A DNA stretch of 64,000 bases from assembly GCF_006345805.1 (NCBI RefSeq), contig NC_042999.1:50530001-50594000 (forward strand). The letters are read 5' to 3'. Below, one piece after another: positions 12,951 to 25,038 of this stretch. The stretch's first letter is position 1. Each line of letters begins with the position of its first letter. The DNA is from Octopus sinensis (Eukaryota). The position numbers and the translations under genes were made by a program. The notes beneath the pieces are model-generated. The model was not told the origin of the DNA. It saw only the letters and a list, made by a program, of their open reading frames with translations, and searched no databases.

Positions 12951-14614
12951 CATAATCATTAATGTAATTGCCTATATTATCATAAATATTTATTTAAAGT
13001 TTTAAGTGAAATTATGATATGAGAGATACTATGGGGTAATTATCCAGTATAGAGAATTATGTAATATACCATGGGGTGATATATCTAGGTTTAAATTACC
13101 TTGCTGTGATAACAATTTGCATTTTGCGTTAGCTCAAATTTTGCTTCATCATTTAAGCAAAACAGTAAAACAATACTAAAATATATTACAGAAAATATTA
13201 AGGTGAATCCATTATTCAGTTAATTCATGCATGTTTACGTATGTTTTCTGAGTCATAAGTAATTTCTTTCAATAATTTCAACCTGATAAGCAAGTAAGTA
13301 AGAAAAAAAAACTTTGAATATGATATAGCACCACTTTCAGTTTCATATCATTCCATATATTGATCAACATTCAAATATCAAAAAAGTATTGCTCAGATTT
13401 CTTAATTAACCATCATAACATACAAGATATTCGAAAACTGTTTTACCAGAGGACATTAACATCTAACAGTTGTTAATTTAGCGGAGACTAGTAACCTCAT
13501 TAGAAGCCATTTCTCAGACAAACAAATGTGCTACACTCAAGTAATGAGTCTTGTTATCAATACAAAAATACATTGATGAAAATACAGAAAGTTATCTCTA
13601 AATATATACATACATACACACACACACACACACATACATGTACATATATTCATATATATGTTTATATATATTTTGCTAAGATATGAAAAGAAAAAAAACA
13701 AAGCCTTATTTAAAAGTCTTTGAAGCTAAGTACTAGGAAGTAAATATCAAAACCATCTACAACTTAGTGAAGAAAATATTTTCAGAAAGTAAGATAAAAT
13801 AAGATTGAAATTAATTAACTAAATTAAAAATAGCACTTCACGTTTTTTAGTGTTTGCTTGAAAAATTTTGTTTAATTTTCACAACATACTTCATTACACA
13901 AATATAATACTGATAGGGTGCCTAACAATTTTGAATCTTTTTATGCAAAAAGATAACAGAAAGAAGAAAAAGGGATGATATTAAACAAAAAGTAAGTGAC
14001 AAATACCGTTATATTAGATATAACACTTTGTCTTCAATTTTCAAGAATTAGTGATACAAAAATAAGAATACATGATACACATACAAACATATAGATACAT
14101 ATGCACATGTGGTTATAGGTATATGGTCTTAGGTTCAGTTCCTCTGTAAGGCACCTTGGGCAAGTATTTTCTACTGTAGCTCTGGGCCGACCTAAGCATT
14201 GTGAGTGAATTTGGCAGACAGAAACTGAAAGAAGCCTGACATGTCATATATGTTATGTATGTGCATGTGTGTGTATTCCACATATATTGTTTGTTCAGCT
14301 GCAGACTAAGTAGAAGATACCTGCCTAAGGCTACATGGTGGTATGAAATGCATAGTTATAAACTGAACTCCATATCCAGACAGGCATGCCTCTGTGTGTG
14401 TGTGTATGTGTGTGTGTGCAATTTCATTACTGTCTGTTACATTACTAAATGACACTGTTATATTTCATGGCTTTCTTTCTCTAATAAATAGTTTTATACC
14501 ACCTCTAATACCTAATTAATGAACTTCACACATTCATCATTTAAAACCTATAAGTTCTTTGACTAGAGGCAACGAACTATACAATAATGACATTCTCATA
14601 TACCAAACAAGATA

Positions 14615-15270
14615 ATAATAATAATAAAGTGTCACTTTGATGGCATGCCATGCTCACTCAATAATAATAATAATAATAATATGCCCTGATGCAGTACCAG
14701 GCAGTGACTCTCATGGTTTCTGATCTTAACTGATTGGAAGTGTTATCATGTACAGTGTTTTGTCTTGGTTTAAAAGATGGGCTACAGCAAATATTCTGCT
14801 CAATACCACAGATTTGCTTGTCAGTTGTTTGACCTTAACCAGTTGACCATGTCTCTTAGTGGCTGACGATATGTGCATCTCTGATAACGAGCAGAAATAG
14901 TGGGGGAGCATCATAGCCATGTGTTGAGAAGGATTCTTTGGAGTTTGAATAATTCACCCCTGGAAACATGGGTTTTTCGTTCAACATCCTTAAACAACCC
15001 TTATTCGGGGAGCTTTTGAGCAGGATGGGCTACTTGACCAGAAGAAAATTCTAACTGGGCCCCACCTGCAAGGTCATGGGTTGTTTATTTTGATATGAGA
15101 TCATCATATCGTGCACATATGGTTGTGATGCATGTGCCTGGTGTACCCTTATCAGACAGGTAGTTATGGTGGGTATACTGGGCTTCATATATATTTTACT
15201 TGAGTGTCACTTTGATGGCATGCACTGCTCTCTCACTCAATAATGATGATGATGATGATGATAATAATAA
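14615..15270 (+). mobile_element. Non-coding ~600-bp retroelement-like repeat with (TAA/TGA)n tail and terminal redundancy
   Basis: A GC-richer island in a (TAA)n context; the ~45-bp end gtgtcactttgatggcatgc..ctcactcaataat occurs at both 14628 and 15204. Confidence 0.6.
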
Positions 15271-15696
15271 AATCATTAGGTTAAGATTCATGTAACTACA
15301 AAAGCAAATATCCAACCATTACAGCAATTGCAATCGGTGAAATGAAAAACATGCTGCAATTTGAGTGTTAAGAGCTTAAGAATATCAAGGAAAGTGTTGA
15401 AGAAACTTTAGAAGGTAGTGTTAATCTCCTGTAAAATTGTTGAACATATAAATAAGTGTAAAGTTATATGAGTAGATATGGGGATTAACACCTTGCAATC
15501 TTTTAGCTTAAATTTATCCCTTAATCCTGATGACTAGTTCAAGCTATCTCTTGTAATTCTCATATGCAATGAGAATCCAACTAATATCTGATATCTGCAC
15601 GTATCACATCACATTCCTTGAACAGTAAATGTTTCAATTATAAAGAATCAATTACTGCATGGGGGGGGGGGGCGTATGTGCATTAGTGTATGTGTG

Positions 15697-15835
<139 letters not shown>

Positions 15836-16055
15836 ATGTATGTAAATCTCTGTTGATTCGCTAGAAGCAATAAATTACAGAACTCAATACAAATGTAGAG
15901 TATTCTTTAATACACAATAACTGGAAGGTTCCAATTTTCAGTACTTTCATTTCATATTTCTAAAGATATTCAGACAGCGAATATTCAAAAGAAACCGAGG
16001 CTGGCTCAGTTTACCATTGACTCTGAATACTGGAAATCAGAGCCCTTCAGTTATA

Positions 16056-16090
<35 letters not shown>

Positions 16091-16149
16091 CATTTGTAGA
16101 AATACAAAAATCCAGAAGAGAAGCACACTCTAAGATGTAGAGCAGTTAA

Positions 16150-16680
16150 TATTATAATGGGGGAGACTGGTTTTGGGGATTACTCTGGGTTTCTCACTCA
16201 TAAGGGTGTATCTTCAGATCCCAAACAACCTGGCTTAAGACCTCTCCAAAATATGGAGAGAGAAATGCCTCGGTATAAAACCAAATACTAGGTGATTATC
16301 TCCCTTTTCTATTGGCCATTGGGCTTCAGCTGCATCGCCTTCCTGCAGTCACCAAAGGATCACAAAGGTAAATGATTGTCTCCCTTTGGCATTGGCTATT
16401 GGCTTCCGGGTGTGGCGTTGCCTTGCCGATTCCAAAATGCCAGCAGGAATCTTCTAAACTGCAAGCATGACCTGAAAATCTTTGTCCTGGAGTTCAGGAC
16501 TCTCCCTGGCACAAGTGAGTCTTCCAGAATTCTTGTGTGTTCAACAATGTACAACTTGCAACGTTTCATCCCATTGATGTAGGGGCCTGGGTTCTCGAGT
16601 ATTTTCCATGCAATTAAATACAGTATTCCATCATCTATAAGTTGCCAGAAATGGCTGGCTAACAATGTCACGTGTCTTCA
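16150..16680 (-). mobile_element. Penelope-like element (PLE) 3' end: GIY-YIG endonuclease C-terminus plus pLTR region
   Basis: ORF 16396-16671 TLLASHFWQLIDDGILYLIAWKILENPGPYINGMKRCKLYIVEHTRIL...VLNSRTKIFRSCLQFRRFLLAFW fits the PLE pattern T.LS.H.W.L....I.WKIL...PY.N..KRC.LC..E....LN.R.E....CRH..KFLL (recalled from memory). A hammerhead motif lies ~175 nt downstream on the same strand. Confidence 0.75.
16175..16222 (-). ncRNA. Type I hammerhead ribozyme motif (PLE-associated)
   Basis: The minus strand reads gggau CUGAAGA uacaccc-uuau-gagug-a GAAAC ccaga GUA auccc. Stem I gggau/auccc is perfect, the core is intact and stem II is imperfect. Confidence 0.75.
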
Positions 16681-16681
16681 T

Positions 16682-16733
16682 AAGGAAACCAGCCCTTATG
16701 AGCCAGGCATGGCTCGAGAAAGAACAAACAACA
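16682..16733 (+). mobile_element. SINE family D 3' tail fragment
   Basis: aggaaaccagcccttatgagccaggcatggctcgagaaagaacaaacaac matches the tail at 59035-59082. Confidence 0.75.
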
Positions 16734-17205
16734 AGGTAACACTTAAAATATTTTTTTGTTCTCTAGTTCTAAATTAATTTAAAATTCAGTAACTCGTTAT
16801 GTATTCTACTTCATTAATAGCCACCTGCACTCCAAATACATCAGCTGCATTATCATAAATTAAATCTCTCTTTGAATTTTAGTAAAACTGCATACTTCCT
16901 ACTTTCTGCCATATAAAAAGAAAGAAAAAACAGGCAAAACATAAATCATTAATCTTCTTGTCTCAATCAAATTAGTCAAGGAATTAATGCAGTCCATTTC
17001 TGTAAAAAAACAATTGGTGGTAATGGGAATAAAAGAAGAGATGATGATGACACTGCTTCCACCACTACTATGAAAAATGATGACAATCTTGATGGCAACA
17101 ATGACAACGACATCAATGGCAACGTTGTGGATGATATCGATGCTGCCATTACTACTGTCATCCACAACTATAGCAATGACAGAGCTGATGAAAATAACAT
17201 CAATA

Positions 17206-17469
17206 AGGCAGCAAACTGGCAGAAACGTTAGCACGCTGGGCAAAATGCTTAGCGGTATTTCGTCTGCCGCTACGTTCTGAGTTCAAATTCCGCCAAGGTC
17301 GACTTTACCTTTCATCCTTTTGGGGTCGATTAAATAAGTACCAGTTATGCACTGGGGTGGATTAAATAAGTACCAGTTATGCACTGGGGTCGATATAATC
17401 GACTTAATCCGTCTGTCTGTCCTTCTTTGTCCTCTCTGTATTTTGCCCCTTGTGGGTAGTAAAGAAATA
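17206..17469 (+). mobile_element. SINE family B (long tail type)
   Basis: Full head, central block and tail, with an internal ~30-bp tandem duplication (attaaataagtaccagttatgcactggggt x2). Confidence 0.9.
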
Positions 17470-17474
17470 GAAAA

Positions 17475-17862
17475 TAACATCAATGATGGAGGTAATTGCA
17501 ACAATAATCCTGATGATAACAAGAACTGTGATGACAGCAATGAGGGTGATGATGATGATGGCAATGATAATGACAATGATGAAAACAATGATAATGATCA
17601 TTGCTATGACAACAAGAGTGATGATAATGATGTCGATAATGATAATCATCAAATAATAATGATGGTAATGATGATCATACTGATGATGATGGTGACAATG
17701 ATCATCATCACCATCACCATGGCAAGAAAGATTATGGTAATAATTATGACGAAGATGATGAAAATGATAATGATCAATGTCATAACAATGATGATGATAA
17801 TGATGATCATGATGATGATCAAAATGTTGATGATGACAATGATGATGATGATGATTATGAAC
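17475..17862. repeat. Cryptic (ATG/ATA/ACA) trinucleotide repeat
   Basis: Degenerate NAT/NAC triplets that produce the low-complexity D/N/M/I ORFs of the track. Confidence 0.85.
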
Positions 17863-17895
17863 AAGCTTTAACATTTATAATTCAACAATCGTATA

Positions 17896-18330
17896 GGCGT
17901 AGGAGTGGCTGTGTGATAAGTAGCTTGCTTACCAACCACATGGTCCCAGGTTCAGTCTCACTGCATGGCACCTTGGGCAAATGTCTTATACTATAGCCTC
18001 AGGCCAACCAAAGCCTTGTGAGTGGGTGTGGTCGACGGAAACTGAGAGAAGCCCATCGCATATATGTATATATATATATGTGTGTGCTTGTGTGTATGTA
18101 TATGTTTGTGTGTATGTGTATGTTTGTGTGTCTATGTTTGTTCCCCCAAAACATCACTTGACAACCGATGCTGGTGTGTTTACGTCCCTATAACTTAGCG
18201 GTTCAGCAGAAAGAGACTGATAGAATAAGGCTTACAAAGAATAAGTCCTGGGGTCGATTTGCTCGACTAAAGGTGGTGCTCCAGCATGGCCACAGTCAAA
18301 TGATTGAAACAAATAAAAGAGTAAAAGAGT
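17896..18330 (+). mobile_element. SINE family A
   Basis: Full-length copy. Confidence 0.9.
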
Positions 18331-18754
18331 AATCATATGTCCAAATTTACTGAATAGAGGCGTATGAAATGGTGAATACTAAAATCATTTCAGTTGAGAC
18401 ATAATATTGAAGTATAGTTTTCCTGTTGTAATAAGTCTGGAAAGAATCTAATAGGAACCGGATTTACTTCCCTCATTGTAACATTGATTTATCATCTATG
18501 CAAGTGTAATATAAAGCAATGCATTTGTCAAATTTCACTGCAAACAAAAGAAGTAGACACAATATGTTTTACTTGATGATGTAATTTAATAGAAACATCA
18601 CTTGTAAATTCACCATCCAGGAATAAAATCTCAATTAACCTAGTCATGTGGTCCATTGAAATTTTATTACGTTTATACATGTGTGTGTGTGCATGTGTGA
18701 GTATAGTTATATATGCATCTGTTTTCATATCTACACATCTTACACACAAGCATA

Positions 18755-18919
18755 GACGCAGGAGTGGCTGTGAGGTAAGTAGCTTGCTTACCAACCACAT
18801 GGTTCCGGGTTCAGTCCCACTGTGTGGCACCTTGGGCAAGTGTCTTCTACTATAGCCTCGGGACGACCAAAGTCTTGTGAGTGGATTTGGTAGACGGAAA
18901 CTGAAAGAAGGCCATCGTA

Positions 18920-18975
<56 letters not shown>

Positions 18976-19200
18976 TATATGTATGTGTGTGTATATGTTT
19001 GTGTGTCTGTATGTCACCTCAACATCACTTGACAACTGACGCTGGTGTGTTTATGTCCCCGTAACTTAGCGGTTCAGCAAAAGAGACTGATAGAATAAGT
19101 ACTAGGCTTACAAATAATAAATCCTGGGGTCGATTTGCTCAACTAAAGGCAGTGCTCCAGCATGGTCACAGTCAAATGACTGAAACAAGTAAAAGAGTAA
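18755..19200 (+). mobile_element. SINE family A
   Basis: Full-length copy. Confidence 0.9.
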
Positions 19201-19282
19201 ATAGTATACATATAGACATATACAATCACACAATCATACATACATATATAAATAAATACACATATATATATATGTATGTATA

Positions 19283-19410
19283 GAATAAAGGGCAGATTAT
19301 ATAATGCTTGTGTAGGAACATCTATGCTCGATGGTAGTGAGAAGTGGGACCTGAATGCTGAAGAGATGCAAAGACTGGAGAGGAATGAAATTAGTATGCT
19401 CTGTTGGATG
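19283..19410 (+). pseudogene. RTE ORF fragment
   Basis: RIKGRLYNACVGTSMLDGSEKWDLNAEEMQRLERNEISMLCWMC aligns with MKGRLYDACVRTAMLHGSETWAVTAEDMRKLARNEASMLRWMC. Confidence 0.8.
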
Positions 19411-19496
19411 TGTGTGTGTGTGTGGTGTGTGTGTGTGTGCATGCGCATGTGTGTGCATGCGCATGTGTGTGCATGCGCATGTGTGTGAAAAGACTT

Positions 19497-19655
19497 CTCA
19501 CAGTATTCTGCCAAGGTTGACTTTGCCTTTCATCCTTTCGGGGTTGATAAATTAAGTACCAGTTACGCACTGGGGTCGATATAATCAACTTAATCCATTT
19601 GTTTGTACTTGGTTGTCCCCTCTGTGTGTAGCCCCTTGTGGGCAGTAAAGAAATA
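19497..19655 (+). mobile_element. SINE family B, 5'-truncated
   Basis: Central block plus the long tail. Confidence 0.8.
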
Positions 19656-19711
19656 AAAGACTTCTCACAGTTCAGTTCTATCTATCATTCCACTAAGAAG
19701 GCATGAGACAT

Positions 19712-20900
19712 CATCATCATCATCATCATCGTCGTCGTTTAGCGTCCGTTTTCCATGCTAGCATGGGTTGGACGGTTCTACTGGGGTCTGTGAAGCCAGA
19801 AGGCTTCATCAGGCCCAGTCAAATCTGGCAGTGTTTCTACGGCTGGATGCCCTTCCTAACGCCAACCACTCCGTGAGTGTAGTGGGTGCTTTTTACGTGC
19901 CACCCGCACAGGTGCCAGACAGAGCTGGCAAACGGCTACGAACGGATGGTGCTTTTTATGTGCCACCGGCACAAGGGCCAGGCGAGGCTGGCAACGGACA
20001 CGAAACGGGGCGGTGCTGGCAACGGACACGAAACGGGGCGGTGCTGGCAACGGTCGCGAAACGGAAGGTTCTCTTACATGCCACCGGCACTGGTAACACA
20101 TCTGCAATTTCCATTGATCGATTTCCATTCTGATCCTCACTTGCCTCAACGGGTCTTCACAAGTAGAGTTTCGACATGCCACCGGCACTGGTAACACATC
20201 TGCAATTTCCATTGATCGATTTCCATTTCTGATCCTCACTTGCCTCAACGGGTCTTCACAAGTAGAGTATCGACATGCCACCAGCACTGGTAACACATCT
20301 GCAATTTCCATTGATCGATTTCGATTCTGATCCTCACTTGCCTCAACAGGTCTTCACAAGTAGAGTTTTGTGTCCCAAGAAGGGAAGGTATGCATACGTA
20401 GGCTGGCTCCATCCCAAGTAGAAGGCCACGGGTTATGGACTCACTTGTCCTGCGGGTCTTCTCGCGCACAGCACACTTCCAGAGGACTCGGTCTCTAGTC
20501 ATTTCCTCAGTGAGACCTAAAGTTCGAAGGTCGTGCTTCACCACCTCGTCCCAGGTTTTCCTGGGTCTGCCTCTTCCACAGGTTCCCTCAACCGCTAGGG
20601 TGTGGCACTTTTTCACACAACTATCTTCATCCATTCTCGCCACATGACCATACCAACGCAATCGTCTCTCTTGCACACCACAACTGATGCTTCTTAGGTC
20701 CAGCTTTTCTCTCAAGGTACTTACACTCTGTCGATTATGAACACTGACATTACACATCCATCGGAGCATACTGGCTTCATTTCTTGCGAGCTTACGCATA
20801 TCCTCAGCAGTCACGGCCCATGTTTCACTGCCATGTAGCATGGCTGTTCGTACACACGCATCATACAGTCTGCCTTTCACTCTGTGCGAGAGGCCTTTTG
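19712..20900 (-). mobile_element. Young 5'-truncated RTE-clade LINE: ORF C-terminus, repeated 3'UTR, (GAT)n tail
   Basis: ORF 20245-20880 carries the RTE C-terminal signatures LHGSETW, RRLRWYGHVARM, GRGRPRKTW and DR..W. The 3'UTR has three ~98-bp tandem units and CpGs are retained. Confidence 0.92.
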
Positions 20901-21363
20901 ACTGCAGCCATGCTGGAGCACCGCCTTTAGTCGAGCAAATCGACCCTGGGACTTATTCTTTGTAAGCCCAGTACTTATTCTATCGGTCTCTTTTGCCGAA
21001 CCGCTAAGTGACGGGGACGTAAACACACCAGCATCGGTTGTCAAGCAAAGCTAGGGGGACAAACACACACACACAAACACACACACACAAACACACACAC
21101 ATACACATATCATCATCATCATCATCATCATTTAACGTCCGCTTTCCATGCTAGCATGGGTTGGACGGTTCAACTGGGGTCTGGGGAGCCCGAAGGCTGA
21201 CGACAGGCTTCTTTCAGTTTCCATCTACCAAATCCACTCACAAGGCATTGGTCGGCCTGGGGCTATAGCAGAAGACACTTTCCCAAGATGCCACACAGTG
21301 GGACTGAACCCAGAACCATGTGGTTGGTTAGCAAGCTACTTACCACACAGCCACTCCTGCGCC
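20897..21363 (-). mobile_element. SINE family A interrupted by an RTE tail (21111-21199)
   Basis: Reverse copy with a (CAT)n RTE tail fragment inserted in its internal microsatellite. Confidence 0.88.
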
Positions 21364-21678
21364 TAGTAGATTTTTTTTTTAAGAAATTGTCACCAAAATG
21401 GCGGCAGAGTAAATATAACTCGAAATATGGTAATAACTATGGTGAATACAAATAGGTTATGACATTCACAATTGTTATCTAGGGAAACAAATTAAAAATT
21501 GTTTTGTTTTATAGAATGAAGAATAATTGTTATATATGCAAAGTTAAGTTCATTAAAGTATCTAAATTACATAAATTTGTTGTGGCATTTCTTGGTTTGA
21601 TTCAGGTTTAACATGTTATAAATACCACAGTGACTTGCGACAAAGTCTCATTATCGTTTACTAAACAGTTTGTACGTA

Positions 21679-22490
21679 AGTGCATATGTGTGGCTGTGTG
21701 GGAAGGAGCTTGTTTCCCAACCACATGGTTTCGGGTTCAGTCCCACTGCGTGGCACCTTGGGCTAGTGTCTTCTACTATAGCCTTGGGCCGACCAAAACC
21801 TTGTGAGTGGATTTGGTAGACGGAAACTGAAAGAAGCCCATCGTATATATATGTATATGTATATATATGTGTGTGTGTTTGTGTGTCTGTGTATGTCCCC
21901 CCACATCGCTTCATAACTGATGCTGGTGCGTTTACATCCCCATAACTTAGCAGTTCGGCAAAAGTGACCGATAGAATAAGTACTAGGCTTACAAAGAATA
22001 AATCTTGGGGTCGATTTGCTCGACTAAAGGCGGTGCTCCAGCATGGCCGCAGTCAAATGACTGAAACAAGTAAAAGAGTATAGGTGCATGTGTGGCTATG
22101 TGGTAAGAAGCTTGCTTCCCAACCACATGGTTTCGGGTTCAGTCCCACTGCATAGCACTTTATGCAAGTGTCTTCTACTATAGCCTCAGGCTGACCAAAG
22201 CCTTGTGAGTCAATTTGGTAGATGGAAACTGAAAGAAGCTCATTGTATGTGTGTGTGTATTTATGTATGTGTGTCTTTGTGTCTGTGTTTGTCCACCCAC
22301 CCACTATTGCTTGACAACCAATGCTGGTGTGTTTACATCCCAGAAACTTAGCAGTTCAGCAAAAAGACCAATAGAATAAGTATTAGGCTTGAAAAATAAG
22401 TCCTGGGGTCGATTTGGTCAGCTAAAACCCTTCAAGGCAGTGCTCCAGCATGGCTGCAGTCAAATGACTGAAACAAGTAAAGGAATAAAA
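21679..22490 (+). mobile_element. Head-to-tail dimer of SINE family A
   Basis: Two full copies joined at ~22081, where the tail aaaagagta is followed by a new head. Confidence 0.85.
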
Positions 22491-23479
22491 CAATGTGAAA
22501 CAGTAATTAAAGAGATTTGTGAAGACCCTAGTTTCTTGTTGGAAAGTATTTGCAGGTTATTTCGGGATCGATAAATTAAGTACCAGTGGCATACTGGAGT
22601 CAATCTAATTGATTGGCACCCAACTCCCAAAAAATTTCAGGTCTCGTGCCTAGAGTAGGAAAGAATATTCCAGATTGCAAATTGTCGGTCTGCTTGTTAA
22701 AACCAAGGAGTCAAGTCCAGTGGCCTAAACAGAGGGTAGTTAGTTTTACCATAATATAAGGACATACATGAAAGGGTCAGTTGTGTTAAGGGAAATATGT
22801 GTGTAGAACCCACAAATCCTGAAACTGGATGAACAATTGTTAGAATACACCTCAAAGAATTTCATCAAAGACAGACAGACAGACATCCACCCATCCAACC
22901 ACCACCACCACTGCTGCTACTACCGTTGCCACCTCCACTACCACTACTATCACCATCATCATTATCGTCATCATATAATGTCCATGTTCCATGCTGGCAC
23001 GAATTGGACAGTTTGACAGTATCATGTAAAAGTGAAAGAGATAGCAACTGATGCTAATGAAAAGTGAACATGTAGAGTTACAAACATGGAGCGTTCCAGA
23101 ACTTATGGAAAAAAAATGAGTAAATAAAATAATTTGTTTAAATAAGAATGTCAAACAATATACAGGCTTCTGTTTGTGAATTGGTTGTGAAAGATTATAT
23201 TAATTCCAGTTCAATGAAAATACTAAAAGCTAAATTGCTTATATTTCTCCTGTTTTTGCAGCAAAAATAAATATTTTACCCGTAAAGCAAAGCAAGTTGT
23301 AATGAGATCTACTTCACAGCTCAACTGTTATTATATCTACAACATATAAAAACTGAACTAAACCATAAAATGTTACTCCAGTACAATATTGTCATATTGT
23401 AATATTTAAATTCTAGGTTATTGCATTCTTTATAACAAGCACATGACTTCCATTTAAATCTCAATTTTATTTATTTATT

Positions 23480-23668
23480 TACTACCCACAAGGCGCTAAA
23501 CACAGAGGGGACAAACAAGGACAGACAAACAGATTAAGTCGATTATATCGACCCCAGTGAAAGGCAAAGTCGACCTTGGCGGAATTTGAACTCAGAATGC
23601 AATAGCAGGGAGAAATACGGCTACGCATTTCGCCCAGCATGCTAACGTTTCTGCTAGCTCGCCACCTT
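23480..23668 (-). mobile_element. SINE family B
   Basis: Reverse copy with an internal deletion. Confidence 0.8.
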
Positions 23669-24466
23669 TTAAATCTCAATTTTATTGCCAATATTATCTT
23701 TACACTTAAAAAAAAAAAAGAAATGAAAGCTCACCCCAAAGTACCACTGATTGAGTTGGAGAGTAATAAGGAACTTAGCATCATTGTTTTAAGGTTTACT
23801 TTACTGAAAGAAAGGTAAGGAATAAAGGGAATTAGATACAGGGTGCAACAGAAAAGACTCTGCTGGTTTGACCATGTGATGCAAATAGATGTCAACAGCC
23901 CCATAAAGAAGTGTCAATCACTCAAAGTGGATGACACTCATAGAAGAGGAAGACTCAGGTAAACATAGGGCAAGATATTGAAGGGCAATCAGAGGACACT
24001 GAACTTATCCATGTGGTTGGGAAGCAAACTTCTTAAACACACAGCAAACACTGCACCTATCATAATAAGAAACTACCTTATAGAAATTCATTGCCATATC
24101 TAACCAACTAGGTGACTAGCCAAGACTTAAAAGGAAATCAAAGTAACCTATTGGGGAATTTGTAGCTCATTTATTCACTTTAAAATGCAGATTGTTACAA
24201 ACTGATTTTGCTCTATAAAACTGGCAAGCATTCAACCTAGTTTGAAGGCTAAGCTCTTCAAAGAGAGATTTATTAGTTTTAAGACATATAGATATGTATA
24301 TGTATAGACACACACACACACATGCTATAGATATTTTATTTTATTGCTTAGGCACACTGATACTAACAACCTGGTGTTAGAACTCAATGTACATACACTT
24401 CAGAATGAAGTGTCAGTTGTGTACAGAGCAGTAATAGGAAATTAAAATGACAAAGGAATGAAAAAC

Positions 24467-24588
24467 GATGTCATGAACTTTATTAGTTTACAGTCGTTTC
24501 TGCTATAAGAATGTAATGCACTCAGAGCTGAATGCTTGTGTATCACTCAATAGCAGAAACAACTGTAAGCTACTGAAGTTCATGACAT
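24467..24588. repeat. ~120-bp fold-back element with ~39-bp arms and degenerate HHR-like halves
   Basis: atgtcatgaactttattagtttacagtcgtttctgctat ... atagcagaaacaactgtaagctactgaagttcatgacat are reverse complements with about 4 mismatches. Confidence 0.8.
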
Positions 24589-24659
24589 AGTTTATTATTC
24601 ATTTGTCATTTTAATTTATTATAGACATAGATATAGATACTGACATACATATGTATATG

Positions 24660-25038
24660 TCACCGTGATCACCGTGACCGACCAGGCTATCAGATGTTGC
24701 TACACATCGCTGGTCACAATGCGCTTCGCATTTCTATAGCCTTCAAATGATGCCACACCACTGGCTAAGTGAGCAGGCCAAGAGAAAAAAAAGTGAGATA
24801 AAGTTGTGACGAAAGAATAAAGCAGGGATCGCCACCACCCCACTGCCAGAGCTTTTTGGAGCTTTTAGGTATTTTCGCTCAATAAACACTCTCAACACCC
24901 GGTCTGGGAATCGAAACTGCAATCCTACGACGCGAATCCACTACCCTAACCACTACGCCTCCACACACACACACACACACATATATATCCTACAACCACG
25001 AGTCCACTGCCCTAACCACTGGGCCATTGCACCTCCAC
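24660..25038 (-). mobile_element. tRNA-derived SINE sharing the family D head and middle but with a different tail; duplicated head
   Basis: Shares gtgttttcgctc..aaacac..gtctgggaatcgaaac with family D; the 3' region differs and the head segment ccactgccctaaccact occurs twice. Confidence 0.8.

Noticed and set aside
14855-14905. CUGACGA...GAAA hammerhead candidate inside the 600-bp repeat
   Set aside because: No stem I or stem III pairing and no suitable cleavage triplet.
17347-17874. 174-aa and 156-aa ORFs rich in D/N/M and H/I
   Set aside because: They start in a SINE B and run through a cryptic trinucleotide repeat; several frames are open, as expected for simple repeats.
19695-21375. TSD around the SINE-LINE composite
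   Set aside because: The flanks (gaaggcatgaga and tagtagatttt) do not match.
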